A DNA stretch of 64,000 nt from Thermoanaerobaculia bacterium (GTDB taxonomy: Bacteria; Acidobacteriota; Thermoanaerobaculia; Multivoradales; UBA5704), in NCBI GenBank assembly GCA_044866775.1, contig JBIOUG010000095.1, forward strand, positions 4,415 to 68,414. The letters are read 5' to 3'. The notes under the pieces are model-generated. The model was not told the DNA's origin and did no database searches. It saw nothing but the letters and a program-made list of their open reading frames with translations. Made by a program: the position numbers and the translations under genes. Positions 47,185-55,016 of this stretch are shown here, piece by piece; the first letter of the stretch is position 1, and the number at the start of each line of letters is the position of its first letter.

Positions 47185-50057
47185 TGCCGACGACGAAGAA
47201 GCCGAAGCCCAAGAAGCAAGTGGAGGCGCTCCGCCACGACGAGGCGTCCCGGAAGTACATCCCGACGGCCGAGTACCAGTCGCTGCTCGCATCCAGCGAA
47301 CAGGAAACCGTGGAGGTCCGCTATCCGCGCAACACCTCTGGCCTCGGGGAGGAGACGGCGTCGCGGAACCGGGATCTCGACCCACAGGTCGTCTGGCGCG
47401 GCAAAGACGAGAAGGACTGGTCCGACCTCGTGGTCCCGGCGCCTCCCCTCTTCATTCAGGAGAAGATCCATCCCAAGGTCCTGATCGACGACCTGATGCG
47501 CCGGAGCGCGGCGGCCGCGGCGGAGAAGTCGGCTTCAGAGCCGGGCCATCAGCCCGATCTATTCGCGGACTTCAATGGGATCGCAGATCCGAGCCTGAAG
47601 ACCGAGTTCTACCAGCACGACGCCAACTGGGCGAACCGGATGATCCTGGGCGACAGCCTACAGGTGATGGCCTCTCTCGCCGAGCGCGAGGGCCTCCGCG
47701 GGCAGGTGCAGTGCATCTACATGGACCCGCCCTACGGCATTAAGTTCAACTCCAACTTCCAGTGGTCCACGACGAGCCGTGACGTCAAAGACGGCAACCT
47801 CAACCACATCACCCGCGAGCCTGAGCAAGTCAGAGCCTTTCGCGACACCTGGCGCGACGGCATCCACAGCTACCTGACCTACCTCCGCGACCGCTTCAGC
47901 GTGGCCCGCGACCTTCTTGCTGACTCTGGCTCGATCTTCGTCCAGATCGGGGACGAGAACGTGCATCGTGTTCGCGGAGTGATGGATGAGGTGTTCGGAA
48001 GCGACAACTTCGTCTCGTTGATCACCATCGTGAAGACAACCGGCGCCGGGAGTCCAGCGATTGGAACGAACGTCCTCGCTTCGGTGAACGACTACATCCT
48101 CTGGTACGCGAAGAAACTTCCGAGTATCAAGTATCGTCAGGTCTACGAGCAGAGACAACTCGGCAAAGAAGGGGCTACTCAATACGGCCTCCTAGAGTCG
48201 CCAGACGGGCTGTATGTGCGAGGAATGTCTGAAGAAGAAAAGGCGCAACCCGAATTGATCCCTTCTGGTTGGAAGATCATTGCGCATGACAATCTGACAT
48301 CTCAGACTGGCGCTGAGACAACGCAGGTTCCAATCTCGTGGCAAGGCCGGAGCTACAAGGCCAACAAGGGCGGCTGGAAGACGAATGTAGAAGGCGCGGA
48401 TCGTCTAGCCAAAGCAACGAGGCTTCTTCCGATCGGACACACGCTTCGCTACCGGCGTCGTTTTGCAGACTTCGGCAACATTCCTATCAACAACTTCTGG
48501 TCGGCGTTCAGGATTAGTGGTTTCTCGGATCCAAAGATCTACGTTGTGCAAACGAATCCAGGAATTGTCGATCGCTGTCTCTTGATGGCGTCTGATCCGG
48601 GGGACCTCGTCCTAGATCCCACGTGCGGTTCAGGCACGACCGCATTCGTGGCGGAGCTAGAGGGTAGGCGGTGGATCACGATCGATACATCGCGCGTAGC
48701 ATTGGCGCTAGCGCGGGCTCGCATCATGGGGGCGCGGTATCCGTTCTATCTGCTCGCCGACAGCGAGGAAGGGCAGCGGAAGGAGGCCGAGATCGCGCAC
48801 TCGGAGCCATCGGCGGCGCCAAGGCGGGGCGACCTGCGGCAGGGCTTTGTCTACGAGCGGGTGCCGCACATTACCCTCAAGTCAATCGCCAACAACGTCG
48901 AGATCGACGTCATCTGGGAGCGATTCCAGGCGGCTCTCGAGCCATTGCGCGCGGAGTTGAACGCCGCCCTCGGCCAAGCGTGGGAGGAGTGGGAGATTCC
49001 TCGTGAAGCCGATGTGCGGTGGACTGCGAAGGCGAAGGAGCTGCACTCGAGGTGGTGGGAGCAGCGGATCGCGCGACAGCGGGAGATCGACGCCTCGATC
49101 GCGGCTAAGGCGGTGTACGAGTACCTCTACGACAAGCCGTATGACGATCCGAAGAAGGTCAGAGTCGCCGGTCCGTTCACGGTGGAGAGCCTATCGCCGC
49201 ACCGGGTGCTCGGCGTCAACGAGAACGACCAGCTGATCGACAGTGTCGCCGAGCAGAAGCTCGGGTACACCGTGCAGCGAGACTTCCCGTCAATGATCCT
49301 CGAGAGCCTGAGGGCGGCGGGTGTTCAGCAGGCTCACAAGGAAGACCGGATCGCCTTCTCCTCGTTGACCCCCTGGCCGGGCGATCTCGTTTGTGCTGAA
49401 GGTCGCTACTTCGAGGGTTCCGACAGCAAAGGTCAGGAGAGGCGCGCCGCGATCTTCATCGGTCCCGAGTTCGGCACCGTCTCACGGCCGGACCTGGTCG
49501 CCGCAGCTCGGGAGGCGGCCGACGCCGGCTTCGATGTCCTAATCGCCTGCGCCTTCAACTTCGACGCCCATTCGACCGACTTCTCGAAGCTCGGCCGGGT
49601 CCCCGTTCTCAAGGCTCGGATGAACGCCGACCTCCACATGGCCGAAGACCTTAAGAGCACCGGCAAGGGCAACCTCTTCGTCATCTTCGGCGAGCCGGAC
49701 ATCGAGATCCTGCCGGCGGAGAGCGACCAGATCCGAGTACGCGTCAAAGGCGTCGACGTCTTCCACCCCCAGACCGGCGAGATCCGCAGCGACGGCCCCG
49801 AGGGCATCGCCTGCTGGTTCATCGACACCGACTACAACAAAGAGAGCTTCTTCGTCCGCCATGCCTACTTCCTTGGCGCCAACGACCCCTATAAGGCTCT
49901 CAAGACCACCCTCAAGGCCGAAATCGACGAGGATGCCTGGGCGACTCTCCACAGCGACACCTCGCGGCCGTTCGAGAAGCCGAAGTCGCGACGGATCGCG
50001 GTCAAAGTCATCAACCATCTCGGCGACGAGGTGATGAAGGTCTTCCGCGTAGAGTAG
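47184..50057 (+). CDS. site-specific DNA methyltransferase (Mod subunit; beta-class N6A/N4C MTase)
   Basis: The ATG at 47184 overlaps the res stop. Motif IV is IYMDPPYGIKF and precedes motif I, LVLDPTCGSGTTAFVA. It is the C-terminal 957 codons of track ORF 46530..50057. Confidence 0.9.
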   Translation: MPTTKKPKPKKQVEALRHDEASRKYIPTAEYQSLLASSEQETVEVRYPRNTSGLGEETASRNRDLDPQVVWRGKDEKDWSDLVVPAPPLFIQEKIHPKVLIDDLMRRSAAAAAEKSASEPGHQPDLFADFNGIADPSLKTEFYQHDANWANRMILGDSLQVMASLAEREGLRGQVQCIYMDPPYGIKFNSNFQWSTTSRDVKDGNLNHITREPEQVRAFRDTWRDGIHSYLTYLRDRFSVARDLLADSGSIFVQIGDENVHRVRGVMDEVFGSDNFVSLITIVKTTGAGSPAIGTNVLASVNDYILWYAKKLPSIKYRQVYEQRQLGKEGATQYGLLESPDGLYVRGMSEEEKAQPELIPSGWKIIAHDNLTSQTGAETTQVPISWQGRSYKANKGGWKTNVEGADRLAKATRLLPIGHTLRYRRRFADFGNIPINNFWSAFRISGFSDPKIYVVQTNPGIVDRCLLMASDPGDLVLDPTCGSGTTAFVAELEGRRWITIDTSRVALALARARIMGARYPFYLLADSEEGQRKEAEIAHSEPSAAPRRGDLRQGFVYERVPHITLKSIANNVEIDVIWERFQAALEPLRAELNAALGQAWEEWEIPREADVRWTAKAKELHSRWWEQRIARQREIDASIAAKAVYEYLYDKPYDDPKKVRVAGPFTVESLSPHRVLGVNENDQLIDSVAEQKLGYTVQRDFPSMILESLRAAGVQQAHKEDRIAFSSLTPWPGDLVCAEGRYFEGSDSKGQERRAAIFIGPEFGTVSRPDLVAAAREAADAGFDVLIACAFNFDAHSTDFSKLGRVPVLKARMNADLHMAEDLKSTGKGNLFVIFGEPDIEILPAESDQIRVRVKGVDVFHPQTGEIRSDGPEGIACWFIDTDYNKESFFVRHAYFLGANDPYKALKTTLKAEIDEDAWATLHSDTSRPFEKPKSRRIAVKVINHLGDEVMKVFRVE

Positions 50058-50242
50058 CGAGTTGACTACCCTTTGCCGCCCCGACCTGCTTGATCCTGCC
50101 GGCCTGGTCCTAGGGTACAACAAGCCCCACAGGGCTTGCGCCCGAGGAAGATAGCCTCTATGCTGCGCGAGCACTCATATCTCATGTCGTGATCCCGTTG
50201 GCGCTGGAGCGTCGAGCCCTGGCCGGTGAAGGAGGGACCCGC

Positions 50243-51193
50243 ATGGCAACAACTGCGCCCAGAGAACCGAAGAAACGCACTCTGACCTATCGTCGAGCTG
50301 TCTGGCATGTAGCCGAGGACCACGACCTTCAATACTACGTCCGTCGAATCCATCAGCGACTGACCACCACTCGCGCGCGAACCTTTCAATACACGGGCGG
50401 TACCGTGCTCACCGGCATGTGCTTTGAGAGCCGGCACGGCTCCGCACTCGGTCATTTAGCTCAGTTCGTGCCACATGACCACGCCTCTACAATTCCTGTT
50501 CCCTCGGTGGAACTTGCAGACTCAGATGCGGCCGAGCTCCCGCCCCCCCGCGGCCGTGAATTCCTGACAGGAGATCTCTTCTTCTTGGTGCATGGCAACA
50601 ATGTTCTCCTCTGCCCTAGCGGCGCGCGCGAAAGTGCACTAAAAGCTTATCTTGATAGGGCTGGCGAGGCAACCGGCGAGCGCGGTTTGATGAGCAGATG
50701 CGGCATTGAGCCTGTGGCTAACGTGGCTAAATTGGCTCTCATACGCGAAGAAGGAGTCAAGAGTATTCAATTGGACGCGACGCTCTTCTCGGCGTCGCTG
50801 ATGGACGAGCAAGTCCCTACTGTTCGCCGTCACGTGCTGAGTCGGGTCGGCGATAGCCTGCTTGACCTGTTCGGAGACGACCCCGATCTGGCTCAGGCGG
50901 CCGAAGACGAGAATATAACTGTTTATTTGGAAGTAGTTTTCGACAAACGAAGGAAGGGCGGAGTGATTGGTCAGAGGAGGATGCAGGGGTTGGCCAGCCA
51001 GCTAGTGAAGGAGCATGAGCCTGGATTTCGTATCGTCACTGGGAGTGGCGGCGTGATTGAATCCGACGAACTCAAGATACAACAACCTGTGCCATTGAGG
51101 CCACGTGGAAGCAGCGTTGAAAGAGAGCATGCTTGGGAAGCTCTTCTCGGATTCCTTGAAGACCTGCGCCGAAGCGGAGCGCTAGAGACATGA
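50243..51193 (+). CDS. hypothetical soluble protein (316 aa), first gene of low-GC two-gene cassette
   Basis: A GGAGGG lies 6 nt upstream of the ATG at 50243; the track ORF starts at a GTG at 50189. No TM segments and no motif recognised. The stop overlaps the next start (ATGA). Confidence 0.6.
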   Translation: MATTAPREPKKRTLTYRRAVWHVAEDHDLQYYVRRIHQRLTTTRARTFQYTGGTVLTGMCFESRHGSALGHLAQFVPHDHASTIPVPSVELADSDAAELPPPRGREFLTGDLFFLVHGNNVLLCPSGARESALKAYLDRAGEATGERGLMSRCGIEPVANVAKLALIREEGVKSIQLDATLFSASLMDEQVPTVRRHVLSRVGDSLLDLFGDDPDLAQAAEDENITVYLEVVFDKRRKGGVIGQRRMQGLASQLVKEHEPGFRIVTGSGGVIESDELKIQQPVPLRPRGSSVEREHAWEALLGFLEDLRRSGALET

Positions 51194-51720
51194 AGCCCCA
51201 AATAAGCAAGGCGGAGGTTGCGTTTTTCGTCTTGACCCTTGTTGCTAGCTGCGTAGCCGCTCGCTATGTTCAGCCGCTGATTCATGGAGATAAGGAAGCG
51301 ATCGGGCTCATCGCTACTGTATTTTCTATCTTGGCCGGACTCTTGGTGGGAATCATAACCCTTGTTGCGGATACGTCGAGCCTGCCAGGCAAGACGTGGC
51401 GGGGCGTTGCACTCGCGCGGCCGATTCTTAGGCGGCGCTTGTATCGTCATCGCGTACTGTTCCTCGTCTATCTCGTCACGCTTCTGCTAATACTGGCGGC
51501 ATTAATTGTAGATGATGGATCGGGAGGCAAGATTGTAAAGTGGTTGGAAAGGGTATATATTTTTTTCGCCGCCGTAGGATTCGCTTACTCATTGCGTCTA
51601 CCCTGGACGCTGGCTCGCATGCAAGAAGAGCGACTAAATGCGGCCATCGAGGAACGGCGCCAGCAAGCCGGCGCAGCGGCAAGCGGCGTAACGGAAGCGA
51701 AGGAAGGCCGGATCGAGTAG
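51190..51720 (+). CDS. hypothetical four-TM membrane protein (176 aa) with charged C-terminal tail
   Basis: Hydrophobic segments lie at about residues 8-27, 37-60, 88-107 and 122-141. The tail is MQEERLNAAIEERRQQAG. The gene is translationally coupled to the upstream gene. Confidence 0.65.
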   Translation: MKPQISKAEVAFFVLTLVASCVAARYVQPLIHGDKEAIGLIATVFSILAGLLVGIITLVADTSSLPGKTWRGVALARPILRRRLYRHRVLFLVYLVTLLLILAALIVDDGSGGKIVKWLERVYIFFAAVGFAYSLRLPWTLARMQEERLNAAIEERRQQAGAAASGVTEAKEGRIE

Positions 51721-51811
51721 CCCGCTCGCTGACACGTTTACCTGACCAGCCGCCGCACCACTCCATCAGTTCCTCATCCCGCACCGACAGCCGCGCTAAC
51801 TCGGCCGCGAG

Positions 51812-51965
51812 CGCCCTTGAGCCGAACACCAGACGGCCGTAGAGCTCGGACGTCCGTTGCTCGGCAATCGTCCGTTGGCGACGGGGGCGAACTAGGGACC
51901 TTGGGGATCAGGTCGAGGAGGCGGTCGAGGTAGCGTGTCGCACAGGGGGACGCACAAGATGGCAC
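51812..51965 (-). pseudogene. fragments paralogous to the genes at 54217-54750 and 52823-53566
   Basis: 51812-51881 is about 80% identical to 54399-54468 (RQRTIAEQRTSELYGRLVF versus RQRGIAEQRTTELYGRMVF). 51895-51935 resembles 52905-52935 (YLDRLLDLIPKV versus HLDRLLEIILKV). Neither fragment has an intact ORF. Confidence 0.45.
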
Positions 51966-52161
51966 TACGGCGAGACCATCGGGTTCGAGCCGGGCGCCTC
52001 TCGACGAAGGCGCCTCGCCTCACTTCCAGCTGCGCGTATCGGCGGTCTGCTCTACGAACGCGAGAGCTTCTCTCTCCGATCGGCGACGGCTGACGAGGAG
52101 CGATTGACGGCGAGCCTCCTGCTCCGTGTCGAGCCGCCGCTGCGCGCCGAGGCGGCAGGCT

Positions 52162-52509
52162 TCACCCGGGCGGAACGCCGAGGGCGATCATCAGGGCCCG
52201 ATCGACTCGGCGCATCACAGCGGCAGGGAGGGTTGCGGCGGGGCCCTGGAGCTGCTCCTTCCAGAGAGTGTAGATCTCGGCGCACTTGACGACGCTGGCT
52301 CGCTGGAGGCCGGCCGTTCCCTTCGGCAAGCTGACCTCCCAGTCGAAGTCGCGTCCCAAGCGGCCGACGGAAGTCAAGTGCACGACCAGCACTTTCAGGT
52401 AGCGCTCGTTGGCGTTGAAGGCGTCGTCCGAGACCACGAGCATCGGCCGGCGCTTCTCTGCTGCGCCACGCATCGGCACTTTTGCCCACCAGATCTCGCC
52501 ACGCCGCAT
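52162..52509 (-). CDS. type II toxin, PemK/MazF family
   Basis: MRRGEIWWAKVP....RRPMLVVSDDAFN...LKVLVVHLTS...SVVKCAEIYTL is the MazF pattern. The start is placed at the internal Met; the track ORF extends to 52569 and overlaps the antitoxin gene out of frame. Confidence 0.8.
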   Translation of the reverse strand: MRRGEIWWAKVPMRGAAEKRRPMLVVSDDAFNANERYLKVLVVHLTSVGRLGRDFDWEVSLPKGTAGLQRASVVKCAEIYTLWKEQLQGPAATLPAAVMRRVDRALMIALGVPPG

Positions 52510-52513
52510 TGCC

Positions 52514-52759
52514 TTACTCTTCGCGGTCGAAGGCTTGGACGTCGATGAGCCCTTCGTCTTCGTCGCCATACCCGCGGTCGCAATAGGTCGCCACCTGCTC
52601 TGCCAAGAGATCCCGCCGCACTCGCTCGAGCTTCTCGTCGATGGCCTCGCGGATGAGCTCCGAGCTGGTGCGGTAGCGGCCGGTCTCCACGATCTCTCGG
52701 ATGCGCTCCAACTGGGCCGGCTCGGCGGTGAACACGGTCTTGCGCTTGGAAGCTGCCAT
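52514..52759 (-). CDS. ribbon-helix-helix antitoxin (CopG/ParD-like)
   Basis: RKTVFTAEPAQLERIREIVETGRYRTSSELIREAIDEKLE. Has an acidic C-terminus and lies 4 nt upstream of the MazF-like gene. Confidence 0.75.
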   Translation of the reverse strand: MAASKRKTVFTAEPAQLERIREIVETGRYRTSSELIREAIDEKLERVRRDLLAEQVATYCDRGYGDEDEGLIDVQAFDREE

Positions 52760-52822
52760 GATCCAGTAGACTAACTTGGTCGACGGTTTCGGTCAACCAA
52801 GCCTGGGGACCCCCAACCTCCC

Positions 52823-53566
52823 TCACGCCCCGAGCAGCCTCGGCAGGTACTCCGCCAACGCCGGCAGGTACACATGCGCCTTCGCCAGCAGCGCCTCGAC
52901 CTTGAGGATGATCTCGAGCAGGCGGTCGAGGTGATCCAGGTTCAGCGCCCCGCCCTGCTTCTTCACCCGCAGGTAGTGGACGGTGAGCTTGCCGACGGCG
53001 CGCTCGACGGCCTCCTCGAGGCCGCGGGCGCCGTGGATGCGGTAGTCGGCGACGGCGGCGCGGAGGGACTGGAGGATGTCGAGGGAGACCGAGCGGAGGG
53101 CGGGGTCGAGCTCGGCGCGGGCGGAGAAGGCGAAGAGGGAGTTGAGGCGGGCCTCGAGCTCGGCCAGGTCGTCGGGCGGCAGGATTAGCTCGGGGAGCTC
53201 CTCGGCGATGCGCAGGCCGCAGAACTCGACGGACTGGAGGACGATGTCGGAGAGGCCCTCCTGGAACGGGGGGTAGCGGCGGGAGTCCTGGTCGAGGCGG
53301 GCGGAGAGGAGGCCCTTCCTGGCCGCCGGGAAGTGGCGGAGGTAGCGCGGGGGGTCGAGGCCGGGGATCGCGGCGATCGCGGCCTGGGACTGGGCGAAGA
53401 GGTCGTCGAGGAGGACGAGCTTGCGGCGGATCGCGAGGTCGTCGGCGGGGTCGAGGTCGAAGACCTCGCCCAGGGCGTCGCGGATGGGGCGGCCCTCGCG
53501 GCAAGCGGCGCGCAGGGCGAGCAGGAGGCGGTGGAGGCGGAGGGCGGAGTTGGTCATGCGGTCCAT
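52823..53566 (-). CDS. hypothetical alpha-helical protein (247 aa)
   Basis: High third-position GC. The N-terminus MDRMTNSALRLHR is shared with the upstream pseudogene. No motif recognised. Confidence 0.6.
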   Translation of the reverse strand: MDRMTNSALRLHRLLLALRAACREGRPIRDALGEVFDLDPADDLAIRRKLVLLDDLFAQSQAAIAAIPGLDPPRYLRHFPAARKGLLSARLDQDSRRYPPFQEGLSDIVLQSVEFCGLRIAEELPELILPPDDLAELEARLNSLFAFSARAELDPALRSVSLDILQSLRAAVADYRIHGARGLEEAVERAVGKLTVHYLRVKKQGGALNLDHLDRLLEIILKVEALLAKAHVYLPALAEYLPRLLGA

Positions 53567-53575
53567 GGGGAGGCC

Positions 53576-54127
53576 TCAGTCCTCTCCGATCGTCTGCGCC
53601 TCGCCCTCGACGTCGGGCGCGGGGGTCCGCCAGTCGCGGCCGACATGCACCTCGTGCTTGCCGGGCGCGCCCCAGCGGACGAGGACCAAGTCGACGGGAT
53701 CGCGCCAGCCGTTGCGGGGCGGCTGGGCCGGCCGCTCGAGGCTGGCGAGGAGGCCGCCGTCGAAGCGGCAGGCCGAGCACCATGCGCAGGAGGGCCGCGG
53801 CGGCCTGGTTGCGCGGGACCTCCGTGTTGGTGCGCAGGCCCGGCGCGAAGGGCTCGCCGTCCGGCGAGGCGAGCGCGTGGTAGAGGCGGAGGGCGCGGCC
53901 GAGCCAGTCGAGGGCCAGGGCGCGGAGCTTCGGGGCGCCGGGCCGCCGGCGAGACCGAGGATGCGGCGGTAGTAGGGCACCTCGCGCGGGTCGGAGACGA
54001 TCTTGCCGGCGAGGCAGTCGGCGAGGCGGGCTTGGAGGGCGACGTGGGCGCGTTGCGCAGGGCGCATCGGGAACCTCCATGAGTCGGGGCGGTGGAGGCG
54101 GGGGGCGGAGTTGGTGGTACGTTGCAT
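53576..54127 (-). pseudogene. hypothetical gene with two compensating frameshifts
   Basis: The ends are in one frame (MQRTTNSAPRLHR...PREVPYYRRILGLAGG and FDGGLLASLERPAQPPRNGWRDPVDLVLVRWGAPGKHEVHVG). The middle codes convincingly only in another frame, with nearly 100% GC3 (PKLRALALDWLGRALRLYHALASPDGEPFAPGLRTNTEVPRNQAAAALLRMVLGLP). Confidence 0.5.
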
Positions 54128-54216
54128 GGGCTCTCGTTCGACGCGGGCGCGTTGAGGGAGGGCGGTGCGCCGCCGGCGGAGGTCAGATCTCCGCCGGCGG
54201 CCGTTGGTTTTGCCCG

Positions 54217-54663
54217 TCAGGGCTTGCGGGTCGGCTCCTCCTGAGCCGGGGCCGGAGCCGGGCCGGGCGGTTGCGGTGGCGGGACGGCGCCAGGCGCCGG
54301 CGGGGTCGTCTCCTCCTCCTCCTCCTTCTTTGCGGGTCCAGGGAAGGCGTTGGGCCGGAGGCCGAGCTCGTGGAGGACGTTGGCGCGCTTGCCGTAGGTG
54401 CCCTTGAGGACGAACACCATGCGGCCGTAGAGCTCGGTAGTGCGTTGCTCGGCGATGCCCCGTTGGCGGTTTGCCTCGCGGAGGCGGCCTTCGTGGACAT
54501 CGGCCTGGGTGAGGAGGGCGTCGATCTGCTGGACGAGGGCGGTCAGCTCCGCGTGGTCCTCCCTGAGGAAGGAGACCTCCTCGATGCGGGGCTTGAGACC
54601 CTCCGCGAGCACTCTCCAGTCCTGGAGCTTGTCTGCTAGCGATCCGTCGGGCACGGCGGTCAT
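54217..54663 (-). CDS. hypothetical coiled-coil protein with Pro/Glu-rich tail
   Basis: MTAVPDGSLADKLQDWRVLAEGLKPRIEEV.... The ATG at 54663 overlaps the stop of the upstream repeat ORF (ATGA). The track ORF extends to 54750, into the 21-bp array. Confidence 0.5.
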   Translation of the reverse strand: MTAVPDGSLADKLQDWRVLAEGLKPRIEEVSFLREDHAELTALVQQIDALLTQADVHEGRLREANRQRGIAEQRTTELYGRMVFVLKGTYGKRANVLHELGLRPNAFPGPAKKEEEEETTPPAPGAVPPPQPPGPAPAPAQEEPTRKP

Positions 54664-55016
54664 CTCCTTTCGTTGCTCAAGACGAGCGAGGAAGCGCTCC
54701 GGATAGAGCTCCGGGCGCTGGGGATACATCTCCGAGCGCTGGGGATACATCCCCGGTCGTTGGTGATGTATCTCCGGTTGTCGGTGATGTATCTCCCGTC
54801 ATTGGTGATGTATCTCCGGCCGTTGGAGATAGATCCCCAGGCGCTGGGGATGAATCTCCGGGCGCTGGGGATACATCCCCCAGGCGCTGGGGATAGATCC
54901 CCAGGCGTCGGGGATAGATCCCCGGGCGTGGGGGACACATCTCCGGCGGCTGCTACGACAACTTCCAGGGCCCGGATCGTCACCCCGCCCTCTGGCGCGG
55001 TTCCGCCGTCCGTCAC
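54660..55016 (-). CDS. possible heptad-repeat ORF spanning the 21-bp array (coding status unresolved)
   Basis: 118-codon ORF bounded by a GTGA overlap with the upstream gene (55013-55016) and an ATGA overlap with the downstream gene (54660-54663). It reads GDVSPTP GDLSPTP GDLSPAP then RRFIPSA RRYITND... Third-position GC is only moderate, and other frames are also open. Confidence 0.3.
   Translation of the reverse strand: MTDGGTAPEGGVTIRALEVVVAAAGDVSPTPGDLSPTPGDLSPAPGGCIPSARRFIPSAWGSISNGRRYITNDGRYITDNRRYITNDRGCIPSARRCIPSARSSIRSASSLVLSNERR
54694..54946. repeat. tandem array of about 13 units of 21 bp with a palindromic core (GGGGAT-AC-ATCCCC)
   Basis: Examples are gcgctggggatacatctccga (54715), gcgctggggatacatccccgg (54736), tcgttggtgatgtatctccgg (54757) and gcgctggggatagatccccag (54884). 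One unit has 22 bp (54862-54883). Confidence 0.9.

Noticed and set aside
52162-52569. Long form of the MazF-like toxin with a Lys/Ser/Thr-rich 20-aa N-terminal extension
   Set aside because: The extension overlaps the antitoxin gene by 56 nt in another frame and is not part of the MazF fold. The internal ATG at 52509, 4 nt after the antitoxin stop, gives a canonical 115-aa toxin.
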